This document shows, piece after piece, positions 24,516-36,540 of a DNA stretch of 64,000 nucleotides (position 1 is the first letter of the stretch; every line of letters starts with the position of its first letter). The position numbers and the translations under genes are program-made. The notes beneath the pieces are model-generated. The model was not told where the DNA came from and ran no database searches. It was given only the letters and a program-made list of their open reading frames with translations. The DNA comes from Dudresnaya verticillata (Eukaryota). The stretch covers positions 620,001-684,000 of the forward strand of contig OZ374557.1 of the NCBI GenBank assembly GCA_977862235.1. The letters are read 5' to 3'.

Positions 24516-27500
24516 CTACACCGCCTTCGGACGCGTGTTGTCAGTACCCCAAAGGTTAACACGCTTACCTTCCTTCAAAGTCGCGGCCGTGAGTTGTCCA
24601 ATCGACATGGCTTTGTTCAGCTTCTCGTACGTTGACAAGTTCCTCTTTGTTAAAGCATCAGCAAGATTCTTACGATCTGGTATCCACTGCATGGTCGCTA
24701 TCTCTCCTTTCTCGAAGGATTCGCGCATTATCGCGACTGTCCGTCACAGACGGAAGTCTGTGCCTTCGTGAAGTGTCGTGATTGTTGAGTACAAGCCATG
24801 AGAGTCGATGGAGAGTACAAAGGGTATCTTCGCCCTGGAAGAGTTGATGTAGTTGATGCACTCTGTCATCAGAGAACCTCTGTCAGTACTTGTTGCCGCT
24901 GCTAGTATCTCCGCGCCTATCGACGAGAACGATACTCTTGCTTGTTTAGCGGACAACCAATCGATGGTGTGGTAGATGCGCGCTCCCCCCGCTGGCAGGT
25001 ATATCCCTGAAACATAACCTGTCTGCCCATATGAACCTGCGCCTTGGCTTGCGTCAGAAAAAGCCAAATAGCTGGGGTTGGCAACATTCTCTGGGTATTG
25101 GTACGTAATCGACTGGTTAAGTCGCTTCCGTTCAGCCAGGCCTTTGTTTCCTGTGACCAAACGCGATGCTTTAAGTCTACCGAGCTGTTGTTGAAGGTGG
25201 CTGGCGACGAACGAAGCTTGCGGAAGGATCCCGTCCCCAAGGAAGTTCAATGCGCCGGCCAGTGCTCGGAGCATCTGTACCTCTGCCAGAGTGCACAACG
25301 CGTCCTGTTGCTTGCGACGTGGCGGTGGGATCTCAAGCGGTCTGATCATGTCCATGTACTCTTGCATGTTGATCTTGATTGTTCCATCCTCCATACTGTG
25401 TATGTGCAGCCGGTTGAACACCAAGTACTTGTCGATTGTGAAACGGTTCACCTTGAACCGCTTCGAAATGCGCTCTTTGAAGTTGTTTATGGCCTCCCGT
25501 GTTCCTGCTAACAGAAAATCATCAACCACTTTCGCAATCAGAAGCACAATCTTCTGATGCTTGCCTCGCTTAAGGAAGAGTTGTGGCAAACCTGGCACTG
25601 GTAATATTCCTTCACCATTCATCCACTGCTCAACTGTGAGCTGCCAGAGGCGTCCTGAATCTGAAAATCCATACACTGCTTTCAAGATGTTCCAAACCAT
25701 GCCAGACACTGATGCCCAACCTTTTGGTGGATACATGTACACAGTACGTGAAAATCCTTCTGCCGGCAGATATGCGCTCTTGATGTCCAAGGAAGCTAGA
25801 GTGAGCTGTAGTATGGCAGCAAAGGATAGAAGCAACCTGATGATGGGAAACTGAGCTGTGGACGAGTCCTTTCGCATCGCGTCCTTGTCCTTATCTCGGT
25901 TACCATGAGGAACCAAACGACACTTCAGCTTCAGTTTGCCTGCTTCTCCATCTGCCTTTAACTGGAAGAAGTGGTGGGACGATATCATGTTCGAACCACG
26001 AGGAAAGGATTTGATGGGCACTTCCCTGTATGCTTCTTGATCAGCATAATTCTTCCGCTCATTGTCAATGGCCTTGTCTAGTATCCAGCGAGGAGCGAAC
26101 TCAAGCTGCGATTCTGATACTATCTTGTCACAAATGACGTCGTACATCTGCTTGAGGACTTGCTGCTCTTGAGACTTCAGCGTGTGGGGAAGGTTTGGAG
26201 GTGCAGTCATTGCTACCTTGCCAATATCTTTCTCCGGTCGTGCTGGTGCATAGGAGTTGTTGATCGATGCTACCTTCGAAGGAATGTGGGCACGCTTGCC
26301 GAACCTTGCCTTGAATCTCTTCAGTACCGTTTCACCTACATCGGCTACTGGAAGATTCAACTTTCTCGGATGAATTGCAGTAAGGAATGCTATTGTGGCT
26401 GGATGTATTGACCATGCTTCTGGTTCTTCTGTGGCAAATCTCAGCTCATCAACAATCTCATTCACTCTTGACATGTCAATCTCTTCTTGATCATCTAGCA
26501 GGTATTCCTCTGCTTTTTTGTTCACCTCTGGCAAAGTGGGAACAGGAAACTCTTCTTCGAAATGCTCCCTATCAGCACTGTCGGGTTGCACTGCTTCCGC
26601 TTCAACTTCGCCTTCTCTTTCCGCGTTCACCTCTTCCTCACCAACGATTACATGTGAACGTAGGTAGAACACACCCATTGCGTCCAACTAAAGTAGCAAT
26701 GAAGTCTTCGGTGCTGCCCAAACTTCTTCGTATGCAGCCTTGATTGGCTTTCCGACATGTACTTTTTGTGACGAGATGAGCAAGAAGTGAGGTTCCGCAC
26801 CTCTGACGTAACCTTTGTTCCAGGAACCGGCCTTTCCGGTTGCTGTGCGCTTGCAGTAGTATACAAGGTCGTCTTTCTTGAACTCATCACTCGATGGTGG
26901 CTTTGGCATATGACTTTTGTGCACCTTTTGGATCGCACGGCGTGCCACTTGCTCTTCATTTTCTTTGATGAGCTCGTCACCGACAGGCGACTGAGGAACG
27001 CGAAAAATCTTCGGATGGTATCTCTTAGCCCTCTCGAAACTGCTGCGTGATTTGCTCCCGTACATGATGTTACTAAGGTACGTGGCTCGGGAAAGAATCT
27101 CATCCTTATGGATCTCGATACCATGAGCGTGCTTAGCATACTCAGCGTTCTTTAAGATCTTTTGTGCAATCGTGCGTATCACGGCGTTCTTTCTTTCAAA
27201 AACAGCAAGCTTGTTGTGTATCCGTGCTGGCCTCGGCTCAAACGTGATTTCAAAAAAGCCGAGCGATTCTTGGAAAGGCGTGTAGAAGAACTCAGGGTCA
27301 CCTGATACCTTCTCTGGAGGTCTATGGTGGTTGATCCAAATGGATTCAAACGTTGCTGCAGCCACCTTCATCCTTCTCGTCATGACATGAGCTGTTCTGA
27401 CAAGGCTGTATGCACATCAACCATGTGCAGGATAGGGTCGTTGTCTATCTCAGACAAGAAGATATAGTCCAGCTGGACATGGCTATTGAACTTCGAGTGG

Positions 27501-28280
27501 ATCTTCCCAAACGACATCTTGAGACTGTTACCGGGCCTGCCCACGGTCTTACATGACGTGCAGTGATCATACATGGAGTGAAGTGCCTGCTTGAGAACTG
27601 GAGAGACCACCTCCCGCGCTTTCACAACGTAATCATGTCATCTGGTGGTAGGTGCGAGTAACCATACAGCTTTGCGGCGAACCGCCTCGCAACCTTCCCA
27701 TTGGTGAACAGTTTCTTCAAGTCTTCGCTCGTCCTGTGCTGAACCGCTGAAAGATCGTTCTGAGATGAGAAGTACGACTTGAACGACGACGTCTTTGCTG
27801 GCACAACGAGTAAATAAGCCCGGACCGCGTCTGAGTTAGGAGGACCGGTGCTATCCGAGTATATTGGAAGGTACACATCCTTCTTTGAAAGTGCTTAAAC
27901 ATTCTTGGGTATCTCGATGAGATTATCGGGTACAAGAGCATTCGACTTGTGCAAGATTTCATTTCCGAGTAATATGAATCCGTATCCAAGCGTCACATAG
28001 AATGGAATGTCCACTTGGACGCCATATATCTGCCATGGGAAGGTTCCAGATGCCGCAAACAACTTCGGCATCACTGCAATTCTTCCCGTATCCGTGGATG
28101 AAAGGTTCGCAGTCAAGAGGCTCGAGCTTGAACTCGATTCCGATAGCCTTGCACAATCGCTTGGCTGATGAGATGCTGCCTACAATTCGAGGAAACCCAT
28201 TGTCAATGATCGGGTTTGGATCTTCCTCGGTTGGGAGAATGTCAGACTTTGCCTCAGGCGTAGCTACGAGACTGAAGTGT
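24516..28280 (-). pseudogene. pol: Copia pol: protease, integrase, reverse transcriptase, RNase H, with several stops and frameshifts
   Basis: IIDNG (PR); H...CTSC, QLDY, SGDPEF, FERKN (IN); KCRLVPHG, LDIKSAYL, KAVYG, VVDDFL (RT); FSDAS, GAEILA, IDSHGL, NLADALTK (RH). Confidence 0.9.
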
Positions 28281-28281
28281 C

Positions 28282-29619
28282 TCAGTGGCGTCCGGGGCCT
28301 CGCTTAAAATACTGGGTATCACTTTTGTCGTGAGATTTGTCGTTCCCCTTTTCGTTCCCGCCTGCATCCTGCAAGACATCAGTCATCTTCTCGCAGATCG
28401 GATCTCCTATGTAATGACCTGCTTTTACACAGGCATAGCACTTGCCTTTGAACCTCTCACGGAATCCGACACCTGTACGACCGCTTCGTCCACGACCTCG
28501 ACCATGTCCACGACCGCTGTAGTCCTTTCCGATCGGTGTGTGAAGACATGCCGAGCTGCTTCCGGTCCCACTTTGGCTTGCTGACATGGACCTGTGCATG
28601 TTTCTTTGCTGCGCCTGGAGAGACTGGACTTGGCGCCTCAAACGTTCGTACACTTCGGTGCTTACTGTGTTGTCAGGCTGCCTCGCCTGATCCATGTTGC
28701 GGACGATGGTCGCTGCGTCCTCCAGGTCGATCATCATTTCCATGCCAGGAGACTTGAAACGTTCGACGATTGATGGTTCGTCTTCCTGATCGGCATTCGT
28801 CAACAGCTTCTCGATCTCTTCTTTGCATGAGACAACATGTTCGGAGATGTCCTTCAGCTGTTGCACATGCTGCGAGAGAGCTGTCTCGCGACTAGCGGAC
28901 TGTCCGGAACGTGTTAGCGGCGGTTCAGGAATGGCGTTTGCTTCGGAGATCTTGCCGATCACTTCGATCTTCTGGAGCAATGGCTTGACGGATGCCAAGA
29001 GCACGGTCTTTTGCTCCACAGTGCGTCTACGTTGCTCTTCAAAACGCTGCTTGGATAACGAGACCAATTCCATGTTCGTGAGTGTTGACTCGGTCAGGTC
29101 TGCATTGTGCAGCAGGGTGATCGAGAGACCTTGCCCAACTTGTGATACAGATGAAGCATTGGCGTTCATCAAATGCTTGGTGGCAAGACCATGGTAGCGA
29201 TCCACAAAGGATGCCGGAGTCTCGTTATTCTTACGGCGACAATCCGTAACATTTTGAAAGGACTTGCTAAGTCGAGTAACCTTGAACAATGGAGTGTCCT
29301 TAGCGATAAGGTTGACGACGTCTAGGACACCCTTTACAAGATCACTTGGATTGGGGAAGTCAATCTCCTTGCGCTCCTTAGCTCCGTCGACAGCAACCCT
29401 CTGCGATGGCGTTAGGGACTCCATGTAGAGAGTGTGAGCTAGGATCTTGTACTGAGTCTTGAGCTTCCTGTCCTCACCCTCTTCGTGGATGATCTTCATC
29501 GTAGTGACCCAGTCAGCGACGTCCTTGCGCCACTCATCGTAGTCACCATCGACGTGGAACCTCGGAGGCTTCGTCGAGTCTCTGGCCTTGAGCCTGCGTA
29601 AGTTTCCCGCTGAGCCCAT
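28282..29619 (-). CDS. gag: Copia Gag with C-terminal zinc knuckle
   Basis: 445-aa ORF; PPRF..DYDEWRKDVADW start; CYACVKAGHYIGDPIC knuckle. Confidence 0.8.
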   Translation of the reverse strand: MGSAGNLRRLKARDSTKPPRFHVDGDYDEWRKDVADWVTTMKIIHEEGEDRKLKTQYKILAHTLYMESLTPSQRVAVDGAKERKEIDFPNPSDLVKGVLDVVNLIAKDTPLFKVTRLSKSFQNVTDCRRKNNETPASFVDRYHGLATKHLMNANASSVSQVGQGLSITLLHNADLTESTLTNMELVSLSKQRFEEQRRRTVEQKTVLLASVKPLLQKIEVIGKISEANAIPEPPLTRSGQSASRETALSQHVQQLKDISEHVVSCKEEIEKLLTNADQEDEPSIVERFKSPGMEMMIDLEDAATIVRNMDQARQPDNTVSTEVYERLRRQVQSLQAQQRNMHRSMSASQSGTGSSSACLHTPIGKDYSGRGHGRGRGRSGRTGVGFRERFKGKCYACVKAGHYIGDPICEKMTDVLQDAGGNEKGNDKSHDKSDTQYFKRGPGRH

Positions 29620-29622
29620 AAC
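29610..29622 (-). promoter_or_regulatory. Copia primer-binding site GTTATGGGCTCAG, internal tRNAiMet (half-tRNA) type, overlapping the gag ATG
   Basis: Closely resembles the GGTTATGGGCCCAG-type PBS of Drosophila copia and Ty5-like elements (from memory). Confidence 0.65.
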
Positions 29623-30075
29623 TATCGGAGAGAGCAGACGCGGTTAGGTAGGGTAGCAGCGGTTACGCGCGCGTCGCTCGCTAAAAGAAGGGAAAGGAGG
29701 ATGGCAAGGAGGTTAGGGAGACTGGGGAGGCGAAGTGCGGTGCAAGGGGGGTGAGCCCCTTTTTCGCTGAAAGCGGAGCAATAAATACGTCGACCGACGG
29801 AGAAACCGCCACCGGCGCTCACCACCGCCGTTGGCGCGCGAACACGTCATCGACGGCTCACTGGGGCGCGCGCGGACGTTGCGCGCCGCGCGCCATACGG
29901 GCACTGTACGGTGATGGGCCGACATGGCGCCCCGGGGCACTGCAACACGGATCCAGATGGGATCCGGATCCGGTATCCAGATTGGCTATCTGGATCGCCT
30001 GCGCTGTAAGGCACGCGCCTGTAAGGTTGCGAGTGTTCGCATTGCTGGCCCGGATCCGGATGGGGATCGGGATCG

Positions 30076-30921
30076 TGTGGTGCCAACCTTCCGAGACGGA
30101 TGGCACGTCCGGGTGTTCGGGGCCCGGCGGGTAGTCTCGTCGTAGGACGGTGGTGGTAGAGCGGGTAAACAACGCCACAGGGCGGACTGTAAACACCCTG
30201 AGCGGAAAGTGGGTGAAAGGGGAAGAGGAAGAAACAAAACTCCAAAAGAAACACGTTAAGAGACGGTAGGAAACGTGGAAGCACGGAGGTACCGACGCAT
30301 AAGCTTCAGGCTGCGGTAGGTGGCACGCGCAAGCGGAGAAGGGCATTCAGGTTCCAGGCCGGCTTAGCCGAGTTTACTGTGACGTCTTCTGACGGACTAT
30401 CTAAGTACTACTACTATTACGCGTGTTGCGGTGGCGGTACGCGAGCGCACGGGAATTCGGGGCACGTGGCGCTTCGCCGTGCGTCTGAAAAGCACCACCA
30501 CGATGCAGCCGCATTGCTGGTAGATTCGTGCACGTTCCCGCGCACGCCGCGCCAAAGCCTACACTTACGTGTGGCCACGGTTAATCCCTCACAGTGCCGA
30601 GCCACGATCAAATTGTGCGCGCGTCTGATCCGGTTGCGTCCCGTTTCGTGCCCGCACACGTTTACTACGTGTACGCGTGCGGACCCCGTCTGCCACGTCG
30701 TCCACACTTGGCGTATCGCCGCACTTGAGCCGCGGCCGATCACGCCACGGTTTGTACGCCTACGGCGGTTCCTTTCGGCGAAGCGAGCGGGTTCGCGCCA
30801 ACGCCCACTAGGCGGTTACGAAATTGTCAACACGCGAAGCGGCGGAAACAACCGTCGTCGACGGTACTTCACGCCAGTGGCGGATACTATTTCAGGGGCG
30901 CCGCGTGTGGTTTGTACCATA
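30076..30921 (-). mobile_element. Nested solo LTR, family B (related to A)
   Basis: TGTGGTGCCAA...TTGTACCATA termini; TSD GATCG at 30071-30075 and 30922-30926. Confidence 0.88.
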
Positions 30922-31066
30922 GATCGGACAACTATCGGATTAGATCAAGGGCGCACGCTCTAGAGTACACCAGCGCGCACAGCTGTAAGGCGCATGCGTC
31001 CACGTGTGCGTGTAAGCGCCCACGCAGGGGTTTGCCCGGCAATCTGTCAGGCGCGCGGCTGTATAC

Positions 31067-31903
31067 TGTCGTGTAAACGTCGTATCGAAGACGGAGAACG
31101 CCTCCGGGCCGTTCGGGAGCCCGGTGGGTAGCCGCTAATAGCGAACTGGGTAGAGCGGGTAGAACACGCCTAGGGCGGACTGTAGACACCCAAGGCGAGC
31201 GGACAAGGGGGGCAAAGAAGCCCAAAAGGAAACACGTTAGCAACGGGTAGGAACGTGGAAACACGGATGGGTAGACGCTTATGCTTCCGGGCAGCGGTAG
31301 GGTGCGCGCTGTCGCGGAGGGGAAGTCTAGACTCAAACCGGCTTGCCGGGGCTTTACTGTTACGTCCTGGACGAGGTACCTAAGTAGTACTATGGCGCCG
31401 CGGTGCAGCGGCTGCATGACGTAGTGCGCGGGGCCCTGGGACGCGTTTCGCGTGGAGGTGTGTCTGACACGTCCCGGGACAATGCAGCCGCTGCGCGCTG
31501 GCGCGTGCGTCTCACAGAAGCGTGCCCGTACGGTGCTGTAAGCGATCCGGATTGGGATCGCGATTGACACGTATTACAGGCGCGTTTCCCTTACAGTGGA
31601 TCCCGATGTCCGATCCGGATGTCGGATCCGGATTCGATCGGGATTCGGGCCAATCCAACAGTCGACTTCCTTACACCTCGTTGATCTCGATGCATCATCC
31701 GGATCCGCTCTGCAGCGTTGCGCCGTACAGTGCGTCGGGCGTGCGCTGCGCTGGGTGGCGGCGCCCGCGCGTCCGTAGGTCAATCGTCGATGACGTGTTT
31801 GCGACAACGGCGAATGAGCCGTTTCAGGCGACCGTCCGTCGGTCGACGAGGTTATCGGCGCCCATGGCGAGGAAATAAAAGCCCGGTCCCCCAGCGCGCC
31901 ACA
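31067..31903 (-). mobile_element. Nested solo LTR, family C (related to A)
   Basis: TGTCGTGTAA...GCGCCACA termini; TSD TATAC at 31062-31066 and 31904-31908. Confidence 0.88.
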
Positions 31904-33234
31904 TATACGATGGGTGATCTGTCAGACGCGCCTCAGGACGACACGCGTCCCGAGTTCCCGCGCTTCGCACACGCACCGCCGCCGCACCGCAGTACTACAC
32001 TTAGGTAAGTCGTCCCAGATGTAGCAGTAAACGTCCGGACAAGCCGGCCTTGGTCCGGACTTCCCCGTTCCGCACGCGCGTACCTTACTGCTGCCTACGG
32101 CCTAAGCGTCTAACTCCCGTGCTTCCACTCTCAGCACCGTCCTTGACGTGTTTCCTTTTTGTTCCCTTTTTTTCTTCCTTTCCGCCTCGGGCGTCTACAG
32201 TCCGCCCAAGGCGTGTCAACTGCTCTACCACAAGCCGCCCGAGGTGAGGCTACTCACCGCCACGGGCGCCGCTACCCACCGAGCCCCGAACTGCTCGGCG
32301 GTGCTCCGTCTAGGACGTTTGCACCACACGAAGGTGGAGGGCACAAAGTTGTCCCCCTCCAGGTCTGAGGTTGGTCCGTTGGTTTTCCTTCTCTCGTCTC
32401 TGCCTTGGACCTGAACGATGCGCCGGTCCGCATGCGCCTTTTATTCCGCCCGCCCGCGATCGGGCGCCAGTTTTTCCGTGCGGACGGCGTAGCCCGATTA
32501 CAAATACGGCTATTTCAATAAATCACCGATTTTCTGTCTTTTTCTCGTATTCACTCCCACAGTGAGTCTTGCGAAGCTGGATAAAAATAGCTTATTTGCA
32601 CATCGGTCTGACAGCCTAGCAAGGGGCAATGAGCCGGCAAGGACCAGCGCATTCAAAAATTTTAGTGGAGAGCCCTGAATCGCTGTTGAGCGTTATCCGT
32701 ATCTAGCACCCTCATTGCAAATTTGCATAGAAACACGAATATGAAATACATCTGTGCCGGTTGTCCATCCCCTGGCTCGGAGGATATCTCCGAAGCGGCG
32801 TGCCATTTTTCATATCGCGATATTTATTCGCATCATCCAATCACGGTGGGGTATACCGCTTCACATGGCAATTACCGTCACGCAGCACCATCTCGGAGAT
32901 ATCTGGACATTCGCTTGCCTGTCATTCGCGAGCTTCACTTCTCTTTCTGTCTTTTCAAGCTTTGTCTCTGTCTTCCCATTCCTACCACCATTCGAGCAAC
33001 AGGCCGTTCGTCACGCGTATGCCTAAAGTTGAATCGATGGCAGCCTTGTTGCATGGCTCAGTCTGTCTTGGTGGCGACCACCGTGCACTCCAGAGCACTG
33101 ATTCCCAGCACGGACATCAACCTCGCAAACCAGCTTCCGCGATCGCTCCCCCTATTGCGTTGCTGCTGCTGCTACCACCGGCACGGCAAGGGGCAAAAGT
33201 CCTCACTCGCTCTGTAGCAGAAGCATCATAAGGC

Positions 33235-34953
33235 ATGCTGAGGACAATGGTTCAGGACACCCCCGACCACAAGTCGACGCAAGGCGTCCCATCCGCACCA
33301 CTACCATCGACATGCCACGCTACCCTCAGTCCGCCTACGCCGCCACAGACAGCGACTGCCCGTCCGCCGCCCGGGTCATTTTCCTCGGTTACCCCACCAC
33401 TGTTTCAGGTCCCTACGGCACAACAGCATTCGCCATCTTTCCCGACCCAATGCAACCACCTCTCTTCCCCAATTGCTAAAACCAGTCACCATCACTTCTC
33501 ACCACCTGGCCACGACGTGACCGCATCACCCGCCCCAGCGGCGCAATCCAAATGGAGAGTTACGCCGCAGCAGAAGGAGACTTTGCTAGCTGCGTTCGCC
33601 GAAGACGCCTATCCAGAACTCGCGAGGAAGACTCGACTTGCGGAGCACCTCGGGGTCACTACTACACAGATTTCTAAGTGGTTTCAGCACCGCCGAGAGA
33701 GCCTCACCCGTCTAGGTCAGTTTAAGGCACAATATAATCGAACAAGGCGCACCCCGGAAGAGCTTGACGTCCTGCAAAATGCGTTCGAGATCGATCGTTA
33801 CCCAACCGCCGAGCGTCTGGCAGAGCTCGAAGTCCAACTATCGGGTGTAACGGCAAAGCAAATAAAGCTTTGGTTCAAGCATCGCAGGAAGCAGGTCCAG
33901 AAGCGGAACCGAGCCACCTCAGCCTCACCCCATCACACGCCTCCTATTTCTTCTGGAACTGGTGCTTCTGCGGAGCATCACGTGCAACCTCTGCCGGTTG
34001 TCCCGCGATCGGTTCACAATCTTCCTGTTATTTCGGAGTGGCAGACCACTCCAACTGCTTCAGCCGCCGTGCTTCCATTGCCGACACTGCATCATGGTAC
34101 TGTCGTCCCACCGGGCGGTATCATGCAGTCAGCTCCTCCTGTTGCTGGGACAGCCGCTTCTGCACAGAACGCTTACACTTTCCCTCCGCACTCCTACTAT
34201 GCATACAAAGGACCACAGATGCTGCTCACCGCGACAGCGCAATTCTCAGAGCACGAGTATATGGCACTACGAGGAGCTTTTGCTATTTGCAATGGCGTGC
34301 CCTCTGCAGAAGCTCTTGGCCGCCTGAGCCAGTTGCTAAATCGGACCCCAGCATCAGTCTCCGAGTGGTTCAGACAAGAAACTGGCAAAGTGCAAGAAAG
34401 CAATATAACGGAAGTGCATCATTCTATGTTTGCCACGGCTGGCTCCTATCTTCCAGACCAGGTCGGGAGACCACAAGGACAGAATTCTTTCAACCCTCAA
34501 ACGGCACAAGGTGCAGCTCAAAACCCCCCAAACGCAGGAGTGCACCCCATGCCACACAGTGAAAACGGGACGAGCATTACACCTCCACTTTCCAACTTGC
34601 CTGGAAATTTAACCGTCCACTTCGACCCACAAAAAGTACCGGGATCAAACGACGTTGACGCAAAGGGCCCGGAGAATGGTACCGCTGGATCGCCATCGAA
34701 ACATATTCCCGAGAAGAACGACGGTTTTGTATCTGATGTGATACAGCAGGTTCCAGCCGGAATGTACCCGTCGTATGTTTACCCTGCAGGGATTATGTCG
34801 CACGCTACAGTGTCATTTTCGGCTGCACAGGGAACTACTGTTCCACCTACACCGATGTTGGCGCCGTTGCGGTATGTTCCGGCCAGCTCCACCACGCCCA
34901 CATATCCACAGAACTGGTACAGCGCGGCTCTTCCCGGAGCTTCCAGGGGCTAA
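33235..34953 (+). CDS. Multi-homeodomain transcription factor, 572 aa, intronless, intact
   Basis: HD1 WRVTPQQKETLLAAF...YP...LAEHLGVTTTQISKWFQHRR; HD2 RRTPEELDVLQNAF...YPT...QIKLWFKHRRK; degenerate HD3 QFSEHEYMALRGAF...LSQLLNRTPASVSEWFRQ. Confidence 0.92.
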   Translation: MLRTMVQDTPDHKSTQGVPSAPLPSTCHATLSPPTPPQTATARPPPGSFSSVTPPLFQVPTAQQHSPSFPTQCNHLSSPIAKTSHHHFSPPGHDVTASPAPAAQSKWRVTPQQKETLLAAFAEDAYPELARKTRLAEHLGVTTTQISKWFQHRRESLTRLGQFKAQYNRTRRTPEELDVLQNAFEIDRYPTAERLAELEVQLSGVTAKQIKLWFKHRRKQVQKRNRATSASPHHTPPISSGTGASAEHHVQPLPVVPRSVHNLPVISEWQTTPTASAAVLPLPTLHHGTVVPPGGIMQSAPPVAGTAASAQNAYTFPPHSYYAYKGPQMLLTATAQFSEHEYMALRGAFAICNGVPSAEALGRLSQLLNRTPASVSEWFRQETGKVQESNITEVHHSMFATAGSYLPDQVGRPQGQNSFNPQTAQGAAQNPPNAGVHPMPHSENGTSITPPLSNLPGNLTVHFDPQKVPGSNDVDAKGPENGTAGSPSKHIPEKNDGFVSDVIQQVPAGMYPSYVYPAGIMSHATVSFSAAQGTTVPPTPMLAPLRYVPASSTTPTYPQNWYSAALPGASRG

Positions 34954-35179
34954 TCTCTTATGCTGTATTCCGTAGCAATTGCGCTACGATTCATTCACCA
35001 AAAGATGCATTTCCTGCTCGGTTCCTGCCTTGGTTCTATCAACATGGCCCATATATCTCTTCGAGATTGAGCACTCTTTGCCAAAGCCAGTCCCCTACTG
35101 TGCTGAGATCCGAAGAAAGAACTCAAAAATCGCGCAACGGTCGCACTGGTCGCCAGCTGGTCAGTGTGAGCGACTTGTA

Positions 35180-36540
35180 TAGGTTGTCGCCCTGCCCGAG
35201 GGGCGGACATCGGCCCGAGGGGCTAATATCGGCCCTCGGCTTCGCCTCGGGCCGATTCCTGCCCCGAGGGCCAGGTTTCCGACCCGAGGGCGTGGGCGAC
35301 AACTGACTTGTCGCACGCCCTATTGCGTTTCGCGCGTTGCGTCTCCCGCGTTGCGCTTCGTTGTCGGTCGCACCATGTAAATAAAATACAGCATCGATTA
35401 GGTGTGGACCGATGCTGGTTGTCGTGCCCCGTTCACCATCTGACTCGAATGCATGGGAATGCATTCTCGGAATGGATGCTGATTTTGACCCCACTGAAAA
35501 CCTGCCCCCTCTCTCTGCTGCAACATTGGAAGCTCCTACGGCATTCTTTCCTAGCAACGACCCACCTCAAAGTGCAAAAGCACGGACTCCGACAGTTGCT
35601 ACACTCCCCGCAGCACCCACTACCCCAGCTCAGCTCACAAAAGTTTCTCTTTCTTCGCGTTCGGATGACGAGCGGAGCACAGAAGAAGTCACAGTGGCTG
35701 ACATTCACCTCTCTTCAGCAGCATCTCGCCTCCTTGGACAAAGAGATTCCCAAACCACTATCCGGTCCAATCAAACATCCCTCCGGGTCTTCGCTATGTT
35801 CGTCGTGACCTATCTCAAGCTGATCCCGGACACGTCAATTGCAATTTTAAGAGACCCAACAAACCGTTCCGTCAGGAAAAGATCCCTAGTGGCTCAGTCT
35901 CTCGGCCTTGCCCGCTTGTATCTCTTCCGCAATCCCGATGGCAGTTACTTTGGGTATTACGGGGACTGGGGTGAGGAAGGGCATGAAGACGCACGGATTG
36001 AGGGGCACAGTTATCACTATGCTTTTTGAAAGCGGACAAGCGGATTCATCCGTTGCACTGCGCAGTGGCCATCGCGATGTGCGCTCCCTCAAGTCTTACC
36101 AGAATCTGCGTGGTTCGTTGGGGCAAACGCAGCGATTGAATATACTGGGTGCTGCGAGTTCTGCTGGGATGAAGAGAAGCCGGGATGACACCCATTCTAA
36201 GTCTGTGATTGGGAATGGCACGGAGATGGGAACTGCTGGCTCGGAGAACAAAAGTCCGAACAAGGATCCCAGGCTTTTTGACGGTCATGAAGGTAACAGT
36301 AAGGAAGGTCTGCTTACCAATCTTGGATCCATTTTGGGGAATGTGACCCTGAATGTGAATTATCAAATTGCGAGCCCCACCGCCCCCCGCGATGAGCCGG
36401 CTGTGCTGGTGGAACAGCCACGCAGAGCCCTCAGTTAGAGGCTGGCCATGTATGGGCCTCCAGACTGGGCCAGGTCTGGTATATTCCATATCAGGCCTGG
36501 GCGCAATTACAATAAAACAATAGCTTCTTGATACTGCTAT
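35180..36540 (+). mobile_element. Crypton-like tyrosine-recombinase transposon, internally deleted; boundaries approximate
   Basis: C-terminal YR motifs THGLR...SGHR...SLKSY (35989-36099); N-terminal ORF from about 35472 joined out of frame near 35945; hairpin-rich ends at 35183-35303 and 36470-36500. Confidence 0.7.

Larger units (their letters stand above)
24351..29622 (-). mobile_element. Ty1/copia LTR retrotransposon, degenerate (gag-PR-IN-RT-RH order)
   Basis: Domain order, PBS at 29610-29622 and candidate 3' LTR 24351-24513. Confidence 0.9.
29736..32328 (+). mobile_element. Solo LTR of family A (diverged copy), interrupted by two nested solo LTRs
   Basis: TGCGGTGCAA...TTGCACCACA; TSD CGAAG at 29731-29735 and 32329-32333; pieces 29736-30075, 30922-31066 and 31904-32328 are colinear with LTR 46701-47600. 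Confidence 0.93.
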
